Under the pieces are notes generated by a model, which was not told the DNA's origin, did not search any database, and saw only the letters and a program-made list of their open reading frames with translations. Below, piece after piece: positions 13,906 through 27,034 of a DNA stretch of 64,000 bases (positions are counted from its first letter, which is position 1; each line of letters begins with the position of its first letter). The stretch is taken from contig NC_057752.1 of NCBI RefSeq assembly GCF_004010195.1, forward strand, positions 209,241 through 273,240. The letters run 5' to 3'. The DNA comes from Chiloscyllium plagiosum (taxonomy: Eukaryota). Both the position numbers and the translations under genes were made by a program.

Positions 13906-15433
13906 CACGGTTGCATCTGTATCACAATATTCTATAGTCTTTACCTAAATAACTAACTGACCTTTCTTCAACTTGAAGTACTAGCATCTACAGAAGACAG
14001 TGTTATCTGACCTGATGAGTATGTCCAACAGTTTCTGTTTTGATCTTCAATTGTCTTCCCTACCTATCCCCATTGTCTGTGGATCTACATCTATCCTCCA
14101 TGCAGATTTCTCCCAGACTAGAAAGCAGACACCGTCATACAGTCTCCTGCATGATGGCAATCTATATGGGAGTATACGAAACCTGTGTTCTAATTTGGCC
14201 ACTTCAGAGTTTGAGAAAGAAGTGGAAAAAGTTAAGCTTAAAGCACTTCTTTCTTCCTCTGTCAACCAGTCATTTGTAAATCAGCACAGTCTTGATTCTT
14301 CTGTTTGATACCTTATTAGGAAAACAATGGCAGTTGGCAGATTGGGAAGATGAGCAAAGGTTAAAGATTATCAGCTGTAGCTGACATATGGAATGAGTGG
14401 ATCATCCATGATCTTACTGAATGACAGGGCAGGCTCAAGAGGTGAGTTTCCTTTTTTTTCCCCTTCCTTTCTTCTGCACTTTGTCATTATATAGCTCCCT
14501 GCATACCTCTGAGGAGAGGGATGAATTCTCTAACAGTGCTGGTTTTAGTTTCCTCCAACTAACCATCAGGAGACAATATGGGAAGCTGAATAGGCTTGAA
14601 TTGGAATTCAGTTCCAGGGGAGTTAACAGACTACACACCAGTGTCCATTTCAGAATATGTAATCAGATGGTGAGTATTGGAAGGATTTTCGACTATGCGA
14701 GGCATTATAGCCAAGGCTGCTTTTGCTCTTGACTAATTTCCATGTCAACCTTTCAGTGGATGATAGTTGGCTTCCAGTCAGTGATGGGAATCCCTACTGT
14801 ATGTGCTCTCTCTTTCCCCCTCTGTCAGGCTGAAAATAGTGCAGGCTGACCACAACTTTGTGCACAAATGCACTGCACAATGTGGTACTGAGTCAAAAAG
14901 ATCACAGTCTGCAATTTGCTCACAGAAAAATAAGTCCTGTTCTCTCTTCAGGATTAGTGCAGGAAAGGAATCAATGAAGATCTGCAATGACAATAAGGCA
15001 TCTTTTTTTAATGTCGGAAAATGTCCCAAGGCACTTCATAAAAGCATGCTCAAAAAAATCAACACTCTATCAAAGAAGAAGATATCAAAACAGATAGATC
15101 AAGCATCTTCGAGGAGGGGAGGAAGGTGAGAAGAATCAGGGAGAGAAATCCAAAACTTGTGACCCAGACAGGTGAAGCCAGAACGATCAAAATGGGACAA
15201 TGGAAATTGGGGGTGGGGTGGGGTGGGGAGAGAATATTGAGTAGGAGGCCAAAGTTGTAGGAAAGCACAGAAATCAGAAGTTATAAAGCTGGAGGATAGC
15301 AGTAGGGAAGGATTCAAAAATCAATCAACATTTTCAATATCAACAATTTTTGTGAGTTATTGTGTTGGAAGGTGTAATTTGGAGTTATAGGTATTAAAGT
15401 CTAGGGACTGTATCCACAAAAGATGGGGTGACT

Positions 15434-17510
15434 AGCGAGTTTTGAGAAGATTTGTAGCTCCGGTTGAGATTCTGGATGTAGGTTTGCTCGCTGAGCTGGA
15501 AGTTTCGTTTTCAGACATTTCATTACCATACTAGGTAACATCTTCAGTGAGCCTCTGGATGAGGCACTGGTGGTGTAGCCCATTTATATTGATATGTTTG
15601 GGTTTCCTTGGGTTGGTGATGTCATTTCCTGTGGTGACATCATTTCCTGTTCTTTTTCTCAGAGGGTGGTAAATGGGATCCAAGTCAATGTGTTTTTGAG
15701 AGAGTTCTGGTTGGAACATTATTATCCTACCTGCAGACAAAAGACGCTTGACAGTCATTTTAAATCAAAGAGATTACATTGAGAAAGCAAATGCACTACT
15801 TGCAGATACCAACACTTAACAACAAGTGGCAACAGACCTGACCCCACAACGAGAGAACCGAATCATAGCCCTACTCAAAAAAACTTAAGAAATCTGGAGA
15901 AATGAATAAGACCGACTTCCAAAAAATGAAACCAGACAGATCCAACACCAAGCTTCTACAGATTACCCAAAATTCACAAACCAGGAGCCCCCCTCAGACC
16001 CATAGTCTCACTATCTGGAACACCAACTTACAGATTGGCTAAGGAGCTACACCAAAGACTAAAACACTTAGAAGACTTGCACCACTCCATCCACTCCACC
16101 CAAGAATTCCTGAAGACCATCAAAGACACCAAGATAGAGGATGAAATAATGGTCTCCTTTGACGTAACAGCCCTCTTCACATCCATCAACATCAACCTGG
16201 CCAAGGAAACACTGACTACACTATTAGAAGAACCAAAAACACATACACCAAACACCACCATCTTCATCAACAAGGACAGTATCATCAAGCTAGTGGACCT
16301 ATGCCTTACCACCCACTTCACCTTCAACAACAAAGCCTATAGACAAACCAATGGAACACCCATGGGATCGCCGATCTCAGGGTTCTTAGCAGAGGCAGTA
16401 ATGCAGAGACTCAAACAGCTCTGCCAACCATCCAACTCAAACTTTGGGTCCACTACGTGGATGACACCTTTGTCATCACTAAATGAAACAAATTAGAGGA
16501 AACCTTCAAGACCATCAATACCCTCACTGACATAAAATTCACTAAAGAGGAGGACAACAATAACAAACTGCCATTCCAAGATGTCGCAGTAGAACGAACA
16601 GCCAATGGAGAACTTCAAACCAGCGTCTCCAGGAAAACAACACATACGGACCAAATATTGAACTACAGAAACAATCATCCAAACATCCACAAACAAAGCT
16701 GCATTAGAACATTATTTCAACAAGCCACCACAGACTGCAGCACAGAGGAACTATGCCTGCATAGGAGCAGAGGAAAATCACCTATACGGTGTATTCAAAA
16801 AGAACGATACCCAATGAACACAGTCCGCCGATTTCTCCAGCAACAAACCCAAACAAGAGGACAAAACACGTCAAGAAGCCCTAGCCACTCTCCCCTACAT
16901 CAAAGACATCTTGGAACTGACTGCTAGACTACTCAGATGCCTTGGCATCATGGTAGCCTACAAACCCACCAACACACTAAAACAGCAGCTAATGAACTTG
17001 AAAGACCCTATACAGACAACAAGCAAAACTAATGTCATTTACAAAATACCCTGCAAGAACTGTAACAAACACACTACATTGGACAAACAGGCAGAAAACT
17101 AACCACCAGGATACATGAACGTCAATTAGCCACAAAAAGACATGACCCACTGTCTCTAGTATCCTTACATACGGATGAGGGAGGACACCACTTCAACTGG
17201 GGCAACACATCCATCCTAGGACAAAGCAAAAAGAGACAAGCATGAGAATTCCTTGAAGCATGGCATCCCAACCGGAACTCTATCAACAAACACATTGATT
17301 CCGATCCTGTTTACCATCCCCTGAGAAAAAGAACAGGAAATGACATCACCATAGGAAATGACATCACCAACCCAAGGAAACGCAAACATATCAATAGAAA
17401 GCGGGCTACGCCACCAGTGTTTCATCCAGAGGCTCACTGTAGATGTTACCTAGTATGGTGACGATGTGTCTGAAAATGAAAATTCCAGCTTAGCAAGTAA
17501 ACCTACATCC
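15434..17510 (+). mobile_element. Penelope-like element (Poseidon-type RT + GIY-YIG) with inverted terminal copy at its 5' end
   Basis: SFDVTALFT, GTPMGSPISG, YVDD and NVIYKIPC. 15434-15720 is the reverse complement of the 3' terminus. Flanked by 13-bp direct repeat AGATGGGGTGACT (15421-15433, 17511-17523). Confidence 0.93.
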
Positions 17511-17849
17511 AGATGGGGTGACTGTCCAGAAACTCTTCGAACTCAGTCACTGTTCTGGATTAAAGTTAATTTGAAGCCCCATGATGCGTTCTTGTTAATA
17601 TAGAAGCTGTGGGCCCTCCTTTATCACCAAATAAGTCTTAATTCAAAGGGAACTCTAGTGTAATATTTGACTGGTGAACTAATCATGGCACAGTTCCCCA
17701 AGAAGCCAAAAACCATCAGCCCAAATATTGATGAATGAGTTCAGTGAATACAAACATTTGAGTCATCTAATGTTCTGCCAATGTGTTCTGTTGCTTGACT
17801 GCATAGATGCCAGGGATGAGCAAAGCAATTTTTCAGTCTGATTCTGGAC

Positions 17850-18413
17850 TGTTGTGACGATGCTGCTCCTTTAACAAGGTTAGGTTGTCCTTGGGATTTT
17901 TTCATAGGTGTTGTAAAGACAGAGGTTCAGTTTTGTCTGTGTTTATCTACTTGAAGAAGCTTTTAAGTTTTAAAAAGAAACACTTGTACAATGAAAGGGG
18001 AGTGGCCAGTACTCCCAGCTCAGCTTTACTCAGGTTTGGTCTTTAGCAGTCTGGCTGTTCAGAGCTGCTAGTCATTTTTTTTAAGGCTGCTGGTCAAAGA
18101 AACAGCTACATGGAAGAAGGTATTCCATGCTGAATCTCTCTGACATCTCTCTCTCTCTCTCTCTCCTGTAAGACCCTGTGTTTGATATTACGTTTTTTGC
18201 CAAGGGGTGTTTATGGGATTTTTGCAGGAATTAGTAACAGTATCACTAAATTGGGATAATCTGTTCAGTTTTCGGGTAGGTGAAGTTATTCTATATTCTG
18301 TTATCTTTTGTTTGTGTTTCATTTGATAATCTTGCAAATAAATTCAGTTTTGTTTAAAACTCAGTGGTGGGGCCAACTGCATCAGTTGAGGGGGTCTGGC
18401 CTGGTCCATAACA
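17850..18413. mobile_element. Solo LTR-like element (Gypsy-type termini)
   Basis: TGTTGTGA...CATAACA termini like the LTRs at 25.2 and 33.6 kb; internal (CT)n. No TSD recognised. Confidence 0.55.
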
Positions 18414-18767
18414 CCATGAACAGACTGACTTTAATAAGATGGGATAGATTGGTAGTCACCATTTTGAAAGCTTTAGTTGATGCAAATTTAGAAAATGAGG
18501 GACCTCAATTTTCCATATTTTTGGATGTTTTATCTCAACTATTAGCAATTGTCCTTTTTTGTTGTTGTTTGGATACAATATTGAAGACATACCCAGAAAT
18601 GTTTACATTTCCTCAAGTTGTGCATGTTTTGGTTTGTTTGGAGTGTAAATGAATCCGGGTGTTCAGTGCCTTCGTTTGTCTATCATTACTCAGTGTATGT
18701 TGAGAAGTCCTCCATGATTCCTTTATGGCACAGTGAGGAAATGCATAGTGCGGTGGACACAGACTAG

Positions 18768-20122
18768 GATGATCCACAGAGGGTGGTATCCCATCATCAA
18801 GTCACCCTTTATTTACACTTGAAGAGTTCTTGACTACAGTACTGCCTCTTTAGAATCAGTTCTGCGTCCCAGAATCTCTGATACTCCTATTTATATTTTT
18901 TTTGGGACACTCCTGATTTTCTTTTTGTAAGCATGAGACACAGTGAAGGACATAAGGTGTACAAATCTTTATTCAATTTCCACCACCAGGAAGAAAGGAA
19001 ATACCCAAGTGGCCAGTGACAAGCAGTGTTCTTCACATCAAAGGGCAATGCTGCATTATCAAACAGTGAAGAGGAGGGCAGGGATTAAATCAAAATAGAG
19101 TTGGAGGGGGAGACATTCCTGTTTGTTTTTCTTTTGGCAAACTTTTTTTTTTCTTTAGCATAATTAGAGGACACTCCTTTTTTTCTTCTTCTTTTCCCCC
19201 ACACTACCGCCGAACTGTGGTAGTGCTTACTTTTTCCCCAGCACCCAGACACTTTTTTCCCCCCTTTTTACCCCCACACTATCGCCTAACTGCGGTAGTG
19301 CTTATTCTTTTTTCCCCAGCACCCAGACACTCTTATTTATTTTTTTTTAAAAACCCCCACACTACCGCCTAACTGCGGTAGTGCTTATTTTTTCCCCAGC
19401 ACCCATGTTGTGTGTGTGTGCAGGTGTGAGAGACACAATGTGTACACATCTTTATTCAGTTACCACCACCAGGAAGAAAGGAAACACTCGAGTGGCCAGT
19501 GACAAGCAGTGCCCTTCACATCAAAGGGCAATGCTGCGGGATCGAACAGTGAAGGGGAGGACAGGGATTAAATCAAAATAGCATTGGAGGGGGAGACACT
19601 CCTGTTTTTTTTTCTTGTGCACAGTACACTGATCCAGCTCCCTCAGAGCCAGCTCTGAGCAAACTGAACCCCTGATACTTCTGTCTAATTGTTTTTAACC
19701 CCCCACATTACCACCTAACTGTGGGAGTGCTTATTTTTCCTCAGCACCCATGTTACATGTGTGCAGGTGTGAGACACAGTGCAAGACACCAGGTGTACGA
19801 ATCTTTATTCAAATTTCCACCACCAGGAAGAAAGGAAACAGCTGAGTGGCCAGTGACAAGCAGTGCCCTTCACATCAAAGGGCAATGCTGCGTGATCAAA
19901 CAGTGAAGGGGAGGGCAGGGATTAAATCAAAATAGAGTTGGAGGGGGAGACACTCCTGTTTGTTTTTCTTTTGGCACCCTTGGCACTGCGGTAGTGCTTA
20001 TTTTTTTTCCCCAGCACCCAGACACTCCTGTTTGTCTGTCAGTCAAGTCTCCCTGATTGGGGCTGTTAATCTGGTCCAATCAGTGAACTCATTCTGATCT
20101 CCAGCTTATTACAATCACTACA
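18768..20122 (-). mobile_element. Short LTR-like repeat hosting an array of Tx1-like 3' ends
   Basis: Minus strand starts TGTAGTG and carries CCAAT boxes (~20053-20083), a TATA (ATATAAATAGGAGTATC, 18880-18896) and AATAAA (18808-18813). Interrupted at the TATA by 18897-20029. Confidence 0.6.
18880..20029 (-). repeat. Array of truncated Tx1/L1-clade 3' ends separated by a repeated GACACTCCT target motif
   Basis: Motif copies at 18880, 18906, 19112, 19170, 19248, 19326, 19595, 19674, 19949 and 20021. The inserts are reverse complements of the 3' end of the element at 52509-53454, each with a poly-T (poly-A on minus) end. Confidence 0.88.
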
Positions 20123-20769
20123 CTTAGATATGTTCATGATTGGTGCATGAGCCTAATGGACCTGCAACACTGTCCCAGCCTTCCTGAACTAAAGAGAAAA
20201 AAAAACAGCTAAAGATCTCTGTTCCTGATTTGCTATCTCCTGAGCCCTGACTGAAAGTACAATGTTCAGGCACATTCCTGCGTGGATGTCAAGTGGGGAG
20301 AGGATCAAGTCCAGCTGTGTTCGTTAGAAATGTTTTGTCTATACTTGAAAGCAAGGCATCTGGGCATTGTGCCAAAAAGGCCTGTAGAGATCTATGGAAC
20401 TAATGTCACGTGATTTATGAATTCAAGAAAGGTCCTTTAGCCTAAAGTTGATATGGAAGCCGTTTTAATTAGTGGGCTGCAGAATGATTAAATTCATATT
20501 GATCGAATGGGTAGAGGGTGACATGCTGTGAAAATGGGCACACAGTGACCCTATAATGCTTTAGCACCTGACTTGGATGGGATAGAAGGGGAACAATGCT
20601 GCCTCCTCGTGGGACCCTTCTGCGCACATGTTAGCTACTATGCTTCCTACTTCATAGTAGCGATTATGCTTCAAAAGTACTTAATTGATTATAAGCCACA
20701 TTGGAATGTCATGAAAGGTGCTTCTGGAAATGCAAGTTACTTTCTTCTTTTGTTATAGCTCAATCTATC

Positions 20770-22150
20770 TTCTGTACACCCAAGAGATCAATGATTTCCT
20801 CGAGTTGGGAAAGAGTGTGTGGTGACTTCGCTTCCAGTTTCCACTCCTCTCACCTTCACTTGGTTCACCTGACTTGCCCTTCCCTTCCTTGACATCTGTT
20901 TCCATTTTCTAGGGATAAGCTTTCCAGCAATATCCACCACAGACCCACCGACTCCCTTAGTTACCTTGACTGACCATACATACTTACACCCTGCTTCCTG
21001 TAAAGACACTCTATTCTATTTTCACAGTTCCTCTGTCTCTGTCGCATCTGTTCTAATGATACCAATTTTGACATGGGGTGCTTCTGAAATGTCCACCTTC
21101 TTCCTCGACCGAGGATTCCCCAGCACTGTGGCTGACAGGTTTCTTAGTTGGGTCTGGCCCATCTCCCGCACTTCAGCCCACACCCCCTCTCTTCCCTCCC
21201 ACGACAGCGATAGGGTCCCCCTTGTACCTCACCTACCATCCCACCAGTATCCACATCCAGAGGATCATTAGCTACCATTTCTGCCAATTCCAGTGGGATA
21301 CCATCACCAGACACACATTCCCCTACCCTCCCTTGTCAGCCTTCTGCAGGGACTGTTCCTTCTGGGATACCCTGGTCCACTCATCCTTCACTACCAACAT
21401 GCCCCCACAGCCTCTCAGCAATACATGCCCATTTACTTTCTCCCTCACTATCCAAGGTCCTAAATATACCTGCACTTCACTCAATCTACTCTGCTGTACT
21501 CACTGCTCACAGTGTGGTCTCCTCTACATGGGGGACATGAAGCACAGACTGGGTGACTGCTTTGTAGAACATTTGCGTTCTGTCTGCAGAAATGGCCTGG
21601 AGCTTCCAATTGCCTGCCATTTCAACACAATGCCATGTTCTCTGGCCAACATCTGTCTCAGGCTTGCAGCAGTGTTCCAGCAAAGCTCAGTGCAAGCTGG
21701 AATAACAGCACTTCATTTTCCACTTGGGAATTCTACAGCTTTCTGGACTCAGTATCAAGGTCAACAATTTTAGGACTTGAGGCCATGTTCTTACCCCACC
21801 TCCACACACCTGACCTTGTCATCACATGGGCTGCTACCACTGATAACCCATTGTCAGCTACTAATAGCCCCCATTAACAGCTACTCATTCCCCCAGACTA
21901 ACGTTTACCCACTTCTTTCTGTTTTTCTTCTCTTTGGGCTCTATCTCCACCTATTATTTGCTCTGCCCCAACCTGATCTTCTGTGTAAATGTCAAATCAT
22001 TTCCGAGCTACCATCTGTTCTGAACATGGGTCAATAGACCTGAAACATTAACTCTGATTTCTCTCCACAGATGGTGCCAGACCTGTTGAGTTTTTCCAGC
22101 AATTTGATTTTGGTTTTTGTTTCTGATTTCCAGCATCCGCAGTTCTTTTG
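20770..22150 (+). mobile_element. Degraded Penelope-like element (RT thumb + GIY-YIG + terminus)
   Basis: HCSQCGLLYMGDMKHRLGDCFVEHL...PIACHFN in ORF 21078-21773. Confidence 0.85.
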
Positions 22151-22844
22151 GGTTTTTTTTTGTTTAGTTTGGTGACTTGGTTCTGTAGCTTGTTGGAGTG
22201 ACTAATTTTGCTTGGTAACCAGATGCTGAGGTGCACTTGGCATTTTTCTGAGCTGTACAGGGTGGGTGTGGTCACAGGAAAACTGGGCTAAGAGAGGGAC
22301 AATTTAATCTGGTTCTGTGCTGATCAATATCTGGTCACCCATGGTGATTGTTGGTGTGTTGGATGAGTGATTCACTGTGGTGGTTAACAGATAAAGAAAA
22401 ACACAGGTGTTTTGGTGAGGGTGGAGAAAACATTCAATTGGATGTAAGAACACTTCTGGATATAATTTTTACAGTGTCGGTGGGTGGAGTTTGGATGCAG
22501 CATGGCTGTGATGATCTCCATGATTGAGTACTCTGGCACACATGTTCTTCAAAGCATTGGGGCTTGACAACAGGAATAATCAAGTTGCAAAATCTTTTGG
22601 AGTACTTAGATACATGATTTTTTTTCTCCCCTCTTTCAACTTTAGTTTATTTTTTCAAGGCATGGTGTAAAAGCTGCAAAATATATCTTGTTGACATTGA
22701 CACCAGTGTGAAGAGTGTGGTACTGGAAAAGTACAGCAGGTCAGGCAGCATCCGAGGAACAGGAGAATCATAGTTTTGGGCATAAGCCCTTCAGAAAACT
22801 TTTGACACCGGTGGCTCATTAAAAACTCCCAGGCGGGCACAACA

Positions 22845-23870
22845 AGGACTTGTAATTACGTTGTATCTTTTGATGTAATAAAACATCTCAAGGAGCTTCA
22901 TAGGAGTATGTAAAATAAAGTATGACACCAAGCTACATAAGGAGATATTAGGTCAGACAACCAAAAGCTTGGCCAAAGAACTAGGTTTTTAATATGTCTT
23001 AAATAATTGCAGGAAGGAAATTTCAGGTCTTTGGTCAAAGCAACTGAAGGCATAGCTACCATTGGAGAGCATTTGTAATTGGAGATGCACGTGAGGCTAG
23101 ATGAGTCAGAGTGCACAAATGAGAATAATGGAATTGAGATAGTGGGGCAAGGCCATACAGGAGTTTCAAAATGAGGATATGAATTTTAAAAATCAGGACC
23201 TTGTTTGATTGAGCCAGTGTAAGTCAGAGAGCATGGGGTAATAGGGAAATGAGACTTTGTGGAGGTTAAGACACCAAGCAGCAGAGATTTAGTTGACCTT
23301 GAGTTTATAGAGGGTAGAACTGTCGGAGATCAGCCAGATATGGAATTTGGATTCAACCAGAATGTGGAGCTTGCACACTCTCCCTGTGCTGCTTGAGTTT
23401 CCTCCAGGTGCTCCGGTTTCCTCCCACAGTCCAAAGATGTGCAGGTTAGGTGAGTTGGCCAAACTAAATTGCCCATAGTGTTTAGGGATGTGTATGTTAG
23501 GTGCATTAGTCAGGGGACATGTGGAGTAATAGGGTAGGGGAATGAGTCTGGGTGGGATACTCTTTGGAGGTTCGGTGTGGACTTGTTGGGTCAAAGGGCC
23601 TGTTTCTACACTGTGTATATAATACAGGGATTATAAATACTGTAGGGATTCTAGATATGCTTTGGAGTAGTCTATTGTAGAGATAGCCTCACCAAGCCTT
23701 AGCTTTAAGCAGCCAATGAACTGAGATGTAATATCAGGCAAAGTAAGGATGCCTCTTTCTACCTTCATTAGTAATGGTGCAGATGTAAGATTAGAAACTT
23801 ATCTTAGCATCAAATGTAACATCAAGATTGCAGATGGTGACTTAATTGCAGGCTGCTGCCAAGAAGAGGG
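22845..23870 (-). mobile_element. Very degraded L2-like LINE 3' portion with an HE1/V-SINE inserted on + at 23365-23610
   Basis: Tail resembles the DeuSINE/L2 3' end. The SINE carries the V-domain ctccggtttcctcccacagtccaaagatgtgcagg. Confidence 0.55.
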
Positions 23871-24064
23871 ATGATGTGGAGGTGTTGGATTAGGGTAAAC
23901 AAAGTTAAACATCACACGACACCACATTATAGTCCAACAGGTTTATTTGAAAGTACAAGCTTTTGGCGTGCTGCTCCTTGGTCAGGTAGCTAGTGGGACA
24001 GGATCATAGGACACAGAATTTATAGTAAAAGATCAAAGTGTCAATATAACTGATCAAAGTGTCA

Positions 24065-24312
24065 ATATTCCAGCCTCAGGCGACTGTGTGGAGTTTGCAC
24101 ATTCTCCCTGTGTCTGCATGGGTTTTCTCCAGGTGCTCCGGTTTCCTCCCACAGTCCAAAGATGTGCAAGTCAGGTGAATTGGCCATGCTAAATTGCCCG
24201 TAGTGCTAGATGCATTAGTCAGAGGGAAATGGGTCTGGATGGGTTACTCTTCGGAGGGTCGGTGTGGACTGGTTGGGCTGAAGGGCCTGTTTCCACACTG
24301 TAGGGAATCTAA
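24065..24312 (+). mobile_element. HE1/V-SINE (5' truncated) inside a Penelope-like terminal fragment (23875-24800)
   Basis: V-domain and HER1-type tail ending gggaatctaa. Confidence 0.85.
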
Positions 24313-27034
24313 TAACTGATGCAATGTATTGAACAAACCTGGATTGCTGTTAATCTTTTATCACTTAAAATGGAGATGCAGGTTCCGATTGATTAATATG
24401 TAAATCCCGGAATCTCTTTCAAGTCACAGTCCTGAGATAACTTAAGGTTTTACTGTTTTTTTTAAAAAAAGTGACAGCTCAGACAATGAGTTAAAGGTGT
24501 AAGCTTAGAGTCTGTCTGTATCGCAATCTGGAGTCAGACTGGTTCTATTTACAAAGTAGGAACTGATAAAATGTCACATGGACTGACTGCCTTCAACTTG
24601 TGTGCTTTTTGAACAAAATAGAATGTATCTGCAAATACAGATTCACCCCATAGTCTGATATAAGTGTGTGTCTGACAGAGTACGTGCCTGTGAAAGGGTG
24701 TGCGCATGTGTGCGTGTATGAGAGGGGGGTCTGTGTGAGTGTGATCGTGTGTGTATGTGTGTCTGCTTGTGTGTGAGAGTGTATAGTGGTCACCTGTGGT
24801 AAGAACATAGAACAGTACAGCATAGTACATACCCTTCAGCTCTCGATGTTGTGTCAGCCTTTTATCCTACTCTAAGAGCAGACTAACCTACATACCCTTC
24901 ATTTGTACTATCTTCCATATGTCTATCCAAGAGTCACGTAAATGTCCCTAATATTTCTGACTCCACTACCACTGCTGGCAATGCATTTTCCATGCACCCA
25001 CCACTCTGTGTAAAGAACCCACCTCTGACATCTCCCCTAAGCTTTCTGCCAATCATCTTAAAATTATGCCCCCTTGTGGTAGACATTTCCATCATGGGAA
25101 AAAAATCTCTGGTTATCCACTATCTATGCCTCTCATCATCTTGTACACCTCTATCAAGTCACCTCTCGTTCTTCTTTGCTACATCTTACAACATGGGGTA
25201 AACCTCTCTGCTAATTTAAACCTGACACACAGAAGCTCACCTTGCGCAGTAATCTGTTAAATTCAAGAGGCAAAGAACTATCCCAGAAGTCACTATTTAA
25301 AGTAAAAATTAACAACTTTATTCTTTAAGTCCAGCAGAGAATTTTAAAACCAACAACTATTTTCAACTCTTTTCTCTTAAACCTATCTTTTACCTCCTAT
25401 TTTACGATACTGGTCCGATGATAAATCCTGCCTAAGATTTACAAAAAAAAATCATATTTCTCAAAACCAGTCAACTTTGTCGATTTTTTTTTTCCCTCTG
25501 TAGATTTTCTTTATGTTGGTTGCGATGTTTTGCTGCGCAAACTTCTTATAGATAGGTACCTTTCAGAGAGCTCTTCAGCTAGCAGTCTATATTTGTGGAT
25601 GTCTTTGGCAGTTCTTTATTTAACAGTTCAAAATGTTTTATCCCCAAAACATTGGATCATTTCATTGATTTTAATATTATCAAAATAATAAATTCAAATT
25701 TGATTGGATTTTGATATCTCAGGGCATAATTTAAATTGATTTGTTGAATTTGAATTTGTTTGTGTTCCATGGCAACTCAGCTGCAGTTATTTGTTTCAAC
25801 CAAGTGTTACTTTTTTCCTGTGTTCAGGACTCTTTGTGCTTTGTCAGTCCTTGCGAGCTTTTCAACTCTCTTAAAGGTACAGTACACACCTACACCTTCA
25901 TAACACCTCCCCTTTAAGAAAAAATGAACCATCATAATGAAAAGATGTCTTATGTTTTTTCTCTACTCCTTAACCACCTTATCATGACATACGTGTGACT
26001 TTAATCTAAGTTCATATTAACTTCTTCCCACATAAATATACCATTGAATAGATACCAATCTTATCTATACTTTATTAGTTAAATCCACGATAATGCATTT
26101 GTGATTACGTTCTTATGACCCGCAACATGTACAATATGTAAATTAAAAATCTGTAACATAAGACTCCAATGAAATAGACTCATATTCATGTCTGTGAAGC
26201 GTTCCAAGAATGTAAGAGGCTTGTGATCCGTGTACACAACCATCTCCGACACATTGTTTGTAACATACACATTAAAATGTTGGAAGGCCAGTACCAAACT
26301 CAGTAGTTCTTTTTCAAGTATCTCCTCTGCTGGATGTTCAGTTTCTACAAAAAGTAACCAACTGGCAGTTCAATCTCATTATCATTTTCGTGCAGCAGTA
26401 CAGCTCCAACTCCCATGTAACTCGCATTGATGACAACTTTGAAAGATTTTGAAAAGTTTGATGAAGCTAAAACTAGTGTGATGGTTAATATTGCTTTCAA
26501 ATGGTCGAATGCTTCCTGGCATTGCTCTGTTCACCCCAACTTTATGTTCTTCTTCAGCAAATCGGTTAACGGTACCACTGTATAGTTAAGTTTGTAACAA
26601 ACTTCCGATAGAATCCATTTAATCCCAAGAATCGAAGCACCTCTTTCTTTGAGGTTGGTCGTGGTAATTCCTCGATGGCCTTAGTCTTTGCATTCTGTGG
26701 AGTCAAGCTTCCATGACCGATGTTATGCCCCAAGAACATCACCTCTGCTTTCATAAATTCAGTTTTGTTTAAGTTTATAACCAGTTTTACTTCTTGTAGT
26801 CATTCAAAGAGCTCTGCCAGCTGTGCCATGTGATCTTCCCAGGACTTACTAAAGATCACTACATCGTCCAAATAGACTGCACAGTTTGTTAACCCAGCCA
26901 CAACTCTGTTCATGAGCCTTTGGAATGTGGTGGGTGCATTCTTCATTCCAAAAGGCATCACTTTAAATTGATTGTAGCCCATTTGGGGTGACAAATGCAG
27001 AAATTCTCTTCTTCGTCTCTGATAAAGGTACTTA

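Noticed and set aside
14320..14440. Exon ending GAG/GTGAGT
   Set aside because: Stops in the frames read, and its 3' half resembles a CR1 3' tail remnant.
18880..20029. CRISPR array
   Set aside because: The repeat is a degenerate 9-mer, the spacers are poly-A-tailed retroelement ends of unequal length, the context is vertebrate and there are no cas genes.
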